From positions 1 to 64,000 of IMG/VR virus record IMGVR_UViG_3300040801_002948: 64,000 bases of DNA; one strand, written 5' to 3'. Positions within the stretch are counted from its first letter, which is position 1; each line of letters opens with the position of its first letter. The notes beneath the pieces are model-generated. The model searched no databases. It saw nothing but the letters and a program-made list of their open reading frames with translations, and was not told the origin of the DNA. A program made the position numbers and the translations under genes. Shown piece after piece: positions 17,257 through 25,355 of the stretch. This stretch comes from a virus.

Positions 17257-17315
17257 TTAACCAAATGCCCGCTGTGGCTTCCTATAGGCTTCCAGCGGGC
17301 AAAAACCACACAAGC

Positions 17316-17963
17316 ATGAAGATTTTATTCATAGATACCGAAACGACCGGATTGAAGCCGTCAACGGCTGACGCTTTTCAAATTGGCGGCATTTTAATAG
17401 AAACCGGCGCGGGTGAGATATTGCGCGAACAGCGATTTTTTACAGAGTATTGCCCAAAGGTTTTAACAGAAGGTGAACTTAGTGAGCAAAACAAAGCTTG
17501 CCATGGCTACACAGAAGCAGCAATAAACAATTTGGGAAGCCCAAAACAGGCTTTTGAAGTGCTTTCAAATTTCCTGTATTATGCAAATGGGGGCAAAGTG
17601 TCAGAAGAAACCGGCAATTATCCAATTTTGATTGCAGGGTGGAACGTAAGTTTTGACATTGGTTTTTTGCGGAAAGCTATTGGCCAATTTGCCCGGTTTA
17701 AATGGCAGGATTATTTTCACCCTTATACGTTTATTGATATCAAAGGCGCGGCGCTTGCGTTTGAATCAGCGCGCGTTTTTGATGAACCCGTGGAAAGTTA
17801 CAGCCTTGGTAACTTTATAGACCGGTATGGCTTGAAAGTTGGGAAAGGTTATATTCAGGCCTACCAAGATGGCCCGCGCTTTCATGCCGCGCATAATGCA
17901 GCGTATGACGCTGAAATGACCTTCCAAGTGTACAAGCATTTATTTTTTAATCAAACCCAATAG
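17316..17963 (+). CDS. DnaQ-like 3'-5' exonuclease (DEDDh)
   Basis: MKILFIDTETTGL (Exo I), GWNVSFDIGFL (Exo II), HNAAYDAEMT (Exo III). ATG preceded by AAAAACCACACAAGC. Confidence 0.8.
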   Translation: MKILFIDTETTGLKPSTADAFQIGGILIETGAGEILREQRFFTEYCPKVLTEGELSEQNKACHGYTEAAINNLGSPKQAFEVLSNFLYYANGGKVSEETGNYPILIAGWNVSFDIGFLRKAIGQFARFKWQDYFHPYTFIDIKGAALAFESARVFDEPVESYSLGNFIDRYGLKVGKGYIQAYQDGPRFHAAHNAAYDAEMTFQVYKHLFFNQTQ

Positions 17964-17965
17964 AA

Positions 17966-18211
17966 ATGGAAATGGAATTGACGCTGACCTATTTGGTCAC
18001 CACGCTTTCAAAGCCAACGCGCCCCGGCTTTCCGGGCGGCACTACTTCTGAATTCCTGTTCACTTTGCCTGAAAAAGTGCGCATGAAATTAAAGGAAGAA
18101 CCGAAGCCCGGCAACATTCAGCTTGAAGCGTATGAGCCGCCAATTTTTAAGCGCACCGGCTTTCATGTTTTCAGCCTTGTGCATGTGGTAGCCGAAAAGG
18201 TAAGGCCGTAA
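17966..18211 (+). CDS. hypothetical protein (81 aa)
   Basis: Tightly packed behind the exonuclease gene. Confidence 0.5.
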   Translation: MEMELTLTYLVTTLSKPTRPGFPGGTTSEFLFTLPEKVRMKLKEEPKPGNIQLEAYEPPIFKRTGFHVFSLVHVVAEKVRP

Positions 18212-18277
18212 ACAATAGTCCATAATTCAGGCAAGGCGCGCTTTTAAAGTTGTGCCTTGCTTAAAAAATGTAAACAA

Positions 18278-18844
18278 ATGACACTTGACCAAACAGCTTA
18301 CTTTGTTAAATTCATTAACTACAGCCTTAGCGCTCAAAAACTAACCTTGGGCTTGTTGAAGCAGGTACTTAACGATTTGCCAATAGATTCTGACCTTTTT
18401 GAAAAGCAGGTCATTGCACTTAAAACCCAAACTGAAGTACTGGAAAAAACAAAGGTTGTATTGGAAAGGCTAAAGGATGCACAAAAAGATCCGTTCCCTG
18501 AAGTGCATATTGATGAAACAGAAGTTGCAAGTGATATTGATATCAAGCTAGTTGCCCGCTATGCTTTTGACAAATCAAGCCCAATGTTTAGGCCTGTTGG
18601 TTCAGACCTGTCATTTGATGGGCTTACCCACTTAAAGGGCGCGCAAGCTGCTGACGGCAATTTGACCCGGTTAGGCGCTTTTTTTGTCATTGAAACGCTT
18701 GTCATTGGGCTTGCCAGCATTATGAAGAACATGAGCGACACGGGCGAAATTAAAGACCATGAATTCATGAGCGAAGTGGTAGACAGATTGGGCGTTCATT
18801 TTTTGAACCTAGACAATATGCAAGCGTCAGTTCAGAACAAGTGA
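18278..18844 (+). CDS. hypothetical protein (188 aa)
   Basis: First ATG in the ORF; the ORF-track start at 18257 is a TTG inside a hairpin. Confidence 0.5.
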   Translation: MTLDQTAYFVKFINYSLSAQKLTLGLLKQVLNDLPIDSDLFEKQVIALKTQTEVLEKTKVVLERLKDAQKDPFPEVHIDETEVASDIDIKLVARYAFDKSSPMFRPVGSDLSFDGLTHLKGAQAADGNLTRLGAFFVIETLVIGLASIMKNMSDTGEIKDHEFMSEVVDRLGVHFLNLDNMQASVQNK

Positions 18845-18879
18845 TTTTTTCAAATTAAAACCACGGCAAAGATACTCAA

Positions 18880-19401
18880 ATGAGGCACCAAGCCATAAGG
18901 CTGACAGAAACGGAATTGCACATGGCGGCGGCCATAGGCTTTGGGCGAATTGTGAACAACAGGCAAGAATGTTTTCAAAGCCCTACAACCTACAGTAAGC
19001 CGGAACGCCATCAAATAGGCAATATGATTTTTGGCGCTTTGGCTGAAATGGCAGTAGCAAAGATTTTGGGCGGGTATCAGCAGATGATTTTTGGCCAAAG
19101 GCTTTCTTCAGATGTTATTGCCAGCGGTTACCAAATAGAAGTGCGTTCAAGCGATTCGCCAAACGGTAATTTGCTTGTTTATCCGTATGAACTAAACAAG
19201 GGGTGTGTTTTTGCTTTAGTGACCGGGAAAATACCTGAATTCACTTTTCAGGGGTGGGCCACGTCGGCGGACGTGCAAAGTAAGTCTTATGCTTTCAGGA
19301 GCAAGAACGGCAAGCAGATGCACAGATTGCTTCAGCGGGACTTGCGGCCGGTTTCAGAGTTGGTTTCTTTAATTCAAAATAATAGACATGCAAACCATTG
19401 A
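18880..19401 (+). CDS. putative PD-(D/E)XK-type nuclease
   Basis: GALAEMAVAKILG ... SSDVIASGYQIEVRSS gives a D-x9-E-x-R/K arrangement. Motif-level guess only. Confidence 0.35.
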   Translation: MRHQAIRLTETELHMAAAIGFGRIVNNRQECFQSPTTYSKPERHQIGNMIFGALAEMAVAKILGGYQQMIFGQRLSSDVIASGYQIEVRSSDSPNGNLLVYPYELNKGCVFALVTGKIPEFTFQGWATSADVQSKSYAFRSKNGKQMHRLLQRDLRPVSELVSLIQNNRHANH

Positions 19402-19861
19402 GTTTTATAAAAAACACCGGGCCACAGCGGCTTATTTGCGTTTCAAATTCCGCTTCAGGTACGCTGAAGACGCGGTTGTAAACGGCAAGACTTGCGAACA
19501 CCCGGCACAAGTGCCGCTTTATGTTTCAAAGGGCAAATACCCTGACAAAGAAAACTATATAGTAGCGCTTTTGAATTTAGAAACCGGCGTTCTTGACAGT
19601 TGGCTAAAGGGCGTTAAGGCAAGCTTTCACCTGAAAGGGCCTGACGGCTTTACAGGAACTTTGATATCAAACAATGCTGAAACAATATTCAGAGTAAAAG
19701 AAACGGGCGTGCCGGGCTTCTTATCGCGGGATGACGGCGACAGTGACTATTTGGTTTTTGACGTAAATGGCAATGGTGAAATTGTTGGCTGGAATGGGGC
19801 AAGTCTTGACTTGTCTGATTTGGTAAGTGCGCACCACTTTGAAATTGGAAAAGATGACTAA
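19388..19861 (+). CDS. hypothetical protein (157 aa)
   Basis: Clean ORF that overlaps both neighbours. Confidence 0.55.
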   Translation: MQTIEFYKKHRATAAYLRFKFRFRYAEDAVVNGKTCEHPAQVPLYVSKGKYPDKENYIVALLNLETGVLDSWLKGVKASFHLKGPDGFTGTLISNNAETIFRVKETGVPGFLSRDDGDSDYLVFDVNGNGEIVGWNGASLDLSDLVSAHHFEIGKDD

Positions 19862-20522
19862 AGACGGAAGAGTTAAAGTGCTGAACGCTTATGCGGGCGT
19901 TGGGGGCAATAGGGAGCTTTGGCCAAACGACAAAGTGAAAGTTACGGCGGTCGAGCTTGAACCGTACATTGCTGAAATATACCAAGGGCGGCACCCTGAA
20001 GATGAAGTCATTGTTGGCGATGCGCACGAATACATTTTAAAGAACCACAAGAATTTTGACTTTGTTTGGGCTTCGCCACCGTGCCCAAGCCACAGCCAGA
20101 CCAATTGGTTTTTGAATGCGCAAGGCGTTGTTCGTTATCCTGACATGAAGCTATGGCAAGAAATTCTTTTGCTTCAGAGCTTTCACCGTGGCGGGCTTTA
20201 TGTCGTTGAGAATGTAAAAACCTACTATGAACCGCTGATAAAGCCACAGCCAATTGGTAGGCACTACTTTTGGGCGAATTTCCGGCTTCCTATTGAACAG
20301 GGCTTGCAATCGGTCAAGATAGGCCGAATGGACAAGCTGAAAGACGGCACACGGGGCGACAAGCGCGAAAATTTAGCCGGCCATGGTATTGAGTTGCCAC
20401 CGGGCACAAAGAACGCTGACAAGTTGCTAAGGAATTGCCTTTCACCTGAAATTGGCCTTGCTATATTCAACCAAGCTTGGCAGGTGCTGACTACCGGTGA
20501 TTATACACTAAAAATGTTTTGA
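19854..20522 (+). CDS. short DNA (cytosine-5) methyltransferase-like protein
   Basis: LNAYAGVGGN (motif I-like), ASPPCPSHS (Pro-Cys, motif IV-like), LYVVENV (motif VI). Only 222 aa. Confidence 0.6.
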   Translation: MTKDGRVKVLNAYAGVGGNRELWPNDKVKVTAVELEPYIAEIYQGRHPEDEVIVGDAHEYILKNHKNFDFVWASPPCPSHSQTNWFLNAQGVVRYPDMKLWQEILLLQSFHRGGLYVVENVKTYYEPLIKPQPIGRHYFWANFRLPIEQGLQSVKIGRMDKLKDGTRGDKRENLAGHGIELPPGTKNADKLLRNCLSPEIGLAIFNQAWQVLTTGDYTLKMF

Positions 20523-20523
20523 T

Positions 20524-20760
20524 ATGAACTATTTGGAAGGCGAACAGCTACAAAAGCGCGCTGCTGCCCTTAGAAGGCATATTGGCAAGCGTGTGCAGTA
20601 TTTACGGGAATGTGATATTGATAAAAGCGGGCGCGGTTACTTTTTTCCGCGTTTAGGCCGGATAACTAAAGTTCATGGCAGGAACATTTGGTTTGATGAA
20701 AGCCCGGAATGGCTTCCTGATGTTAGGGAAATTGTTTTGATAAATGATAAAACCACATAG
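20524..20760 (+). CDS. hypothetical protein (78 aa)
   Basis: Compactly spaced ORF. Confidence 0.5.
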   Translation: MNYLEGEQLQKRAAALRRHIGKRVQYLRECDIDKSGRGYFFPRLGRITKVHGRNIWFDESPEWLPDVREIVLINDKTT

Positions 20761-20761
20761 C

Positions 20762-20974
20762 ATGAGCAAGACTAAAAAGTTTAGGTACATTTTAAAGACC
20801 CGCAGCGGTGTAATTTTGGTGGAAAGGATTATTGAATTTGGTTCTTTTGAACACCCTTTCCCGGAAGACTGGCAAAGCAGGTCTGCTGTTATCAACCAAG
20901 TCCAAAGGCAAGCCGATGACCTGATAAGTGAATTTATTGATGTTGAAATTACTGAATATGAAGAAGAAGAATGA
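20762..20974 (+). CDS. hypothetical protein (70 aa), acidic C-terminus
   Basis: ATG preceded by AAAACCACATAGC. Confidence 0.5.
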   Translation: MSKTKKFRYILKTRSGVILVERIIEFGSFEHPFPEDWQSRSAVINQVQRQADDLISEFIDVEITEYEEEE

Positions 20975-21293
20975 AGGCCCAATTGTTGTGGGTTCTGTCA
21001 TCATTGAAGGCCCGGAAGACTTGAGCGTTGGCATGTACGCTGAGCGCTTTGAAATTAAAGCAGAAAACGGCGGCTTTGAATTTTATGACGCTCAAGAACT
21101 TAGTTCTTTTGTTGGCTACCTTCAGGACGCGTTTGAAATTTTGACCGGTGAACGGTGCCTTGTCCGCTTTAATGACGCTGAAGGCGAAACCAGCCGTTTG
21201 CCGTGCCCGCACTTAGGCACAAGCAATTGTGAATTTATGTGTTTGACACGGTGCCTGAAGGGCTTTTCTTTTACAAAAGGCGTAAACCAATAA
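20958..21293 (+). CDS. hypothetical protein (111 aa)
   Basis: The internal ATG was chosen. Cys-rich C-terminus CPHLGTSNCEFMCLTRC. Confidence 0.45.
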   Translation: MKKKNEGPIVVGSVIIEGPEDLSVGMYAERFEIKAENGGFEFYDAQELSSFVGYLQDAFEILTGERCLVRFNDAEGETSRLPCPHLGTSNCEFMCLTRCLKGFSFTKGVNQ

Positions 21294-21296
21294 ACT

Positions 21297-21776
21297 ATGC
21301 TGTCAATAAATTATAACTGTTACCGCAGGGGCTATGAAGGGCAGAAAAAGCCAGCTTATGTGAAGACCGGCACAATTGCCGCGAAGTATTACCGGGAAGG
21401 CAAGGAAGACCGGCACAACGGCAAGCCAGACCGTTACGCGGCACAATACGAAAGCCGGGAAGACTTAAAGCAGCGGGCGCACCGTTCAACTGTCATCTAT
21501 CAAGAACCGCCGGTTTTGACGCGGGCGCAAATAGTGGTAGAAAAAGACAGTGACCCAACACAAAGCTTTTCTTATACCCTTATTGGCATTATTGGCGGCT
21601 TGTCAGAGGAAGACCATGAAGCCATTGAAGAAGCTATTTATTCAGCTATGGACGGGCACGGTTGGCCTGAAGAAGGCATTGTTTTTGTAGACCTAAAGGA
21701 AGCAGGCGAACGGCAAGACGTTTTTTGGGTCAAGTTCTATATTGTCACTGACATTTATATTCTTGCCCTTACTTAG
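21297..21776 (+). CDS. hypothetical protein (159 aa)
   Basis: Clean ORF. Confidence 0.55.
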   Translation: MLSINYNCYRRGYEGQKKPAYVKTGTIAAKYYREGKEDRHNGKPDRYAAQYESREDLKQRAHRSTVIYQEPPVLTRAQIVVEKDSDPTQSFSYTLIGIIGGLSEEDHEAIEEAIYSAMDGHGWPEEGIVFVDLKEAGERQDVFWVKFYIVTDIYILALT

Positions 21777-21787
21777 TTGCCATTTCT

Positions 21788-21843
21788 TTTGGTTGTTTGA
21801 TTCTTATGGCTTACCTTTAACGGTGCATTAAAACCACACAAGC
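21788..21843 (+). promoter_or_regulatory. candidate weak promoter (TTTG-N20-TACCTTTA) with AAAACCACACAAGC leader
   Basis: The spacing and boxes resemble the decayed copy at 27599. ATG at 21844. Confidence 0.35.
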
Positions 21844-22008
21844 ATGAATAATTTAGCAAGCATTTTGGACGACTATGCAAGCGGCGTTTCCACGCGCGAA
21901 GAAGCGATAAACGACCTGTTGAAGGCGCGCCGGTTCACAAACCGCTTATTCTTTTTGGCAGGCATTGCGGCGGGCTTTATCCTGTTCACTTTAATTCATT
22001 CAGCATGA
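21844..22008 (+). CDS. small C-terminally anchored membrane protein (54 aa)
   Basis: Below the ORF-track cutoff. Translation: MNNLASILDDYASGVSTREEAINDLLKARRFTNRLFFLAGIAAGFILFTLIHSA. Confidence 0.4.
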   Translation: MNNLASILDDYASGVSTREEAINDLLKARRFTNRLFFLAGIAAGFILFTLIHSA

Positions 22009-22139
22009 AGTTGAAGCGTTTCAGTTTAAAGATGGACAAGCGCGTTGTTTACTGGCTTGACCGCATGTTCAAAGATGCAATGATAGGCCTGATTTGCTTG
22101 GCTGTTTTCTTCATTTTGGGTATATTCATGTTTGGATAA
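22005..22139 (+). CDS. small membrane protein (44 aa)
   Basis: ATGA overlap with the 21844 ORF. Translation: MKLKRFSLKMDKRVVYWLDRMFKDAMIGLICLAVFFILGIFMFG. Confidence 0.35.
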   Translation: MKLKRFSLKMDKRVVYWLDRMFKDAMIGLICLAVFFILGIFMFG

Positions 22140-22140
22140 A

Positions 22141-22530
22141 ATGAGCAGAAGTAGAATGCCAAGTCAAAGGTCAATACATGACCATTGGGCGGAAACGTTG
22201 GCTGAACAGTACGGCAAGTTTTGGATAGAAAGAACTACCGATGTTTGTTTTGCTTGTGGCACAAAAGGTGTTGTTGAGCGGTGCCATATATTGGCGGTTT
22301 TTGACGGCGGCACCCACGACATTGAAAACCTTCACTTGCTTTGTAGGGAATGCCACATTGAAAGCGAATATTTAAACGGTTCTTTTTACTGGAAGTGGTT
22401 TAAGTACAAAGGGCCGTTAAATTCGGCATCTTTAAAGCGGCAACAAAGCCTTATTGGCTTCCTTTCTGAATTGTGCGCAACGGGCCATGAATTGCCACCG
22501 AGTTATAAAGATTTGGTTCAGCTAAAATAA
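22141..22530 (+). CDS. HNH endonuclease
   Basis: CFACG...ERCHILAVFDGGTHDIENLHLLCRECH. Confidence 0.85.
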   Translation: MSRSRMPSQRSIHDHWAETLAEQYGKFWIERTTDVCFACGTKGVVERCHILAVFDGGTHDIENLHLLCRECHIESEYLNGSFYWKWFKYKGPLNSASLKRQQSLIGFLSELCATGHELPPSYKDLVQLK

Positions 22531-22536
22531 GGCATT

Positions 22537-22983
22537 ATGAAATATACACTTATTACCGTGGCCCAATATCGGGCGCTGTCTATTCTTTGTGAGAACGGCC
22601 CGCTTTCGGCTTCTGAATTTGGCTTGATCTTTTGGGCAGGCCACAAAGCCCACAACAAAGTAAGCAACGGCGGCAACGGTGCCCAAAGGGGAAAGGCCGG
22701 GTGGCTTATGGCGGGCAGCTACTTAGGCAAGCTCAAAAAGCGCGGCTTGGTTGAAGAACGTACCTTCAGGCAATTCACGGTAACTGATTACAGCAAAAAG
22801 GCCGTTCTTTGGCACAAGAAAAGTATTTACCGGGAATGGCTAAGGCAGGCAGAAAAGGAATGTGAAGAAATAGGCCACGGCGGCGCAATTTTCCAAGGGC
22901 ACCTGAAGCAAGGCTTTTTCAAGCCCTTCTTTCTAAATGGCTTTAGTCCTGAAATGGTAGCAATTGAAACCCTGCCCTTCTGA
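22537..22983 (+). CDS. winged-helix DNA-binding protein (putative)
   Basis: QYRALSILCENGPLSASEF ... YLGKLKKRGLVEE, a MarR-like wHTH pattern. Confidence 0.45.
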   Translation: MKYTLITVAQYRALSILCENGPLSASEFGLIFWAGHKAHNKVSNGGNGAQRGKAGWLMAGSYLGKLKKRGLVEERTFRQFTVTDYSKKAVLWHKKSIYREWLRQAEKECEEIGHGGAIFQGHLKQGFFKPFFLNGFSPEMVAIETLPF

Positions 22984-23012
22984 ACTGCAAAAACTTTTTC
23001 TAAAGAAAATTG

Positions 23013-23083
23013 CCAAATAATTTGGACGGTAATATAAAGCGCCTTATCTTTGAACCATCGTTAACAGCAAAACCACACAGAAA
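23013..23083 (+). promoter_or_regulatory. promoter-leader element, full copy
   Basis: CCAAATAATTTGG at 23013-23025, TATCTTTG, AACCATCGTTAACAGCAAAACCACACAGAAA, ATG at 23084. Confidence 0.7.
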
Positions 23084-23488
23084 ATGACAACTTCAACTTC
23101 AATTTTGACCCTTGCTTCAGAAATCTATTCTAGCAACTGCAAGCAAGACCCTGAATTCAACAGCCTTTCATCTGAAAGCATTGCCGCCGCCGTTCGGGTT
23201 GACTTATCTGATAAGCTTGGGCGCAAGCTTACAGACGTGGAAGAAGACATGGTTGATGAAGCCCTTCTTTTGTTTGGCGTTGGCGAAAAGCCAAAGCCTT
23301 CTGTCAAGCTGACCAAAAAGCAGGCCTATGTAATGGCTTGCTTGAAGCATCAAGGCGGCAAGATGGAAGTTGAAGTGGGCCCTTTGAGCGGTTTTCACTT
23401 CAGCACGTTGAACAGCCTGAAGAACAAAGGCCTTATTGAGCTTTACAAAGGGGCCTATAAAATGTGGAAAATCAAAAAACTAGGATAA
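23084..23488 (+). CDS. hypothetical protein with C-terminal wHTH-like domain
   Basis: KKQAYVMACLKHQGG...STLNSLKNKGLIEL. Confidence 0.5.
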   Translation: MTTSTSILTLASEIYSSNCKQDPEFNSLSSESIAAAVRVDLSDKLGRKLTDVEEDMVDEALLLFGVGEKPKPSVKLTKKQAYVMACLKHQGGKMEVEVGPLSGFHFSTLNSLKNKGLIELYKGAYKMWKIKKLG

Positions 23489-23736
23489 TGAAAATTGAAC
23501 CTGACCGCCGTGGGATAGAACACGGCTTCACCGTTAACGGCCACGTAAGTATTCATGGCCATATCCACGCGCCGGAAGACTGGCACCTGACGTGCCGGCC
23601 TTTACAAATCTTTGGCGAACGGATTTGCAAGAAAGGCGACCTGAAGCCGGAACAAGTAATCGTTGAAGTGCGCAAGATGTTAGAAGCGCGCCGGGCAGAC
23701 TTTGATAGGTTCATTTCTCAACTTCGCCCTTTTTAA
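23488..23736 (+). CDS. hypothetical protein (82 aa)
   Basis: TAATG overlap with the upstream ORF. The ORF-track GTG start was rejected. Confidence 0.5.
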   Translation: MKIEPDRRGIEHGFTVNGHVSIHGHIHAPEDWHLTCRPLQIFGERICKKGDLKPEQVIVEVRKMLEARRADFDRFISQLRPF

Positions 23737-23760
23737 GCGGTTTAAAGCACTTTCCGTTTT

Positions 23761-23786
23761 CAGCGTACACTACCACGCTGTTTTTT
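23761..23786 (+). terminator. intrinsic terminator
   Basis: CAGCGT/ACGCTG stem followed by TTTTTT. Confidence 0.55.
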
Positions 23787-23842
23787 GACATCGCCTTAAA
23801 TGCGCTAAAAAAACCGCATTGCGGGCTAAAATAAGAATCGAA

Positions 23843-24073
23843 ATGAAGCTGATTGATTATGTGGGCACAGAAGGGCCTTGTTTGGTTATCGAAAGGCCCA
23901 CAGACTTATTCCCGGCTTTAGACCATATTCAGAACATAATGATTGAACTGGAAGAAAGCACAGGCAGCACAGAAGCGGCACGCTGTGTTGAATTCATTTC
24001 AGGCCTAATGGAACAAGCGGAAGCCAACGGCTTTGGGAGCCATGACGATGTTGAAAACGTAGAACACAGATAA
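23843..24073 (+). CDS. hypothetical acidic protein (76 aa)
   Basis: First ATG of the ORF. Confidence 0.5.
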   Translation: MKLIDYVGTEGPCLVIERPTDLFPALDHIQNIMIELEESTGSTEAARCVEFISGLMEQAEANGFGSHDDVENVEHR

Positions 24074-24333
24074 TGACAGAAAGCAGGGCGAACGAATACC
24101 GGGCACTAAAGCAGGTCAAGAACCCAAGCTTGAAGCAGCGGCTTCAGTTGTTTGAATTGGAATCAGAAGTACAGCAGACAACCAACCTTTTGCGATATAG
24201 CCCGCAAGACCGGCAAATTATACTTTCAGGCGTTGGGCTGTGGCGGTTCATGCGCGGCCTTCCTTTAAAGCCTGAAAAGCGCGACCTTTTTCAAACATTT
24301 TACAATACAGATACCAAAGAACATGAACAGTAG
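24073..24333 (+). CDS. hypothetical protein (86 aa)
   Basis: TAATG overlap with the upstream ORF. Confidence 0.5.
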   Translation: MTESRANEYRALKQVKNPSLKQRLQLFELESEVQQTTNLLRYSPQDRQIILSGVGLWRFMRGLPLKPEKRDLFQTFYNTDTKEHEQ

Positions 24334-24586
24334 CAAAAACCCAAATCACACCACGTATGACGTTACTAAGGCGGCGCATGGCGACACGGTTGCAATTGGC
24401 TTGTTCTGGCTATGCAAAGACGGTGACCCAACGCAAGCCATTTTTTACAAAGGTGAGCCGCAAGGGAACAAAGACGTTCTTGTAAGCAATAGGTTTGTTG
24501 GCATGGTTCGCCGGGAAACAGGTTGGCCCGTTGAAGTTATCCAAATAGAACTGGCATTTAAGCCGCAAAGGAAGTTTATAAAATGA
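24323..24586 (+). CDS. hypothetical protein, paralog A of a tandem pair
   Basis: Shares WLCKDGD..QAIFY...ETGW.VEV..IE.AF.P with the next ORF. Confidence 0.6.
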   Translation: MNSSKNPNHTTYDVTKAAHGDTVAIGLFWLCKDGDPTQAIFYKGEPQGNKDVLVSNRFVGMVRRETGWPVEVIQIELAFKPQRKFIK

Positions 24587-24828
24587 AGTTTACCACGCAT
24601 GACATAAACGAGATTAAGACAGGGCGCGTTGTTATTTGCAACGCTTATTGGCTTTGCAAAGATGGCGACACGAAGCAGGCCATCTTTTATGGGTCAACAG
24701 CGCAATGTAATAAAAACCGGTCTATCCCTGACCGGCTAAAAGCGCATACAGAGAAAAAAACCGGCTGGAAGGTTGAAGTGGTTTATGTAGAAATAGCGTT
24801 TAGGCCGCCGCAACCGCAGTGGGTTTAA
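24583..24828 (+). CDS. hypothetical protein, paralog B of a tandem pair
   Basis: ATGA overlap. The paralogy is visible by eye. Confidence 0.6.
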   Translation: MKFTTHDINEIKTGRVVICNAYWLCKDGDTKQAIFYGSTAQCNKNRSIPDRLKAHTEKKTGWKVEVVYVEIAFRPPQPQWV

Positions 24829-24855
24829 AGAAGTGTTGTTCATAGCAAGTTAGGC

Positions 24856-24891
24856 GGCGCAATGCTACTTTTGTGGTGTTGCGCCCTTTTT
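24856..24891 (+). terminator. intrinsic terminator
   Basis: GGCGCAA/TTGCGCC stem followed by CTTTTTC. Confidence 0.55.
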
Positions 24892-24932
24892 CGTATATTG
24901 TTTGTTAGTGCTTGGTGCAAAATCTTAATTCG

Positions 24933-25355
24933 ATGCGTTTTAAAAAGAAGGAACTTGAAGAAGCGGCCCTTGAAGCTATAAAGAAGCACGGGGCTTTAAC
25001 AATAACTGACGTAACGGCCTATTTGCCTTGCAGCCGGGAAACGTTTTATTCCAAGAACTTGCACAAATCTGACGTTATAAAAAGGGCCCTTGAAGACCAG
25101 CGCATAAAGACGAAAGCCAAGCTTCGCAAAAAGTGGCTTGAAGGCCAACAGCCATCAACACAAATTGCCCTTTACAAGCTGATAGGCACACCGGCGGAAG
25201 CTGACCGGCTTAATGGCGTTGTGCGCGAACAGACGGTAAACCACGCGCTTGAAAAGGATTTGCAGTCATGGAAAGACTTGCCGCTGGAAGTCCGGGAAAA
25301 GATTGCTGACCTTCTGGAAGAACACCAAGAACAAGCCACAAATGACAATGAATGA
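24933..25355 (+). CDS. terS: terminase small subunit (putative)
   Basis: 140 aa. HTH-like ALTITDVTAYLPCSRETFYSK. ATGA overlap with the large terminase. Confidence 0.5.
   Translation: MRFKKKELEEAALEAIKKHGALTITDVTAYLPCSRETFYSKNLHKSDVIKRALEDQRIKTKAKLRKKWLEGQQPSTQIALYKLIGTPAEADRLNGVVREQTVNHALEKDLQSWKDLPLEVREKIADLLEEHQEQATNDNE

Noticed and set aside
17257-17315. A perfect 8-bp hairpin GCCCGCTG...CAGCGGGC directly upstream of the exonuclease start could be a terminator.
   Set aside because: No T-run follows (the next bases are AAAAACC). It may be a processing or attenuation structure, but there is nothing to support a specific call.
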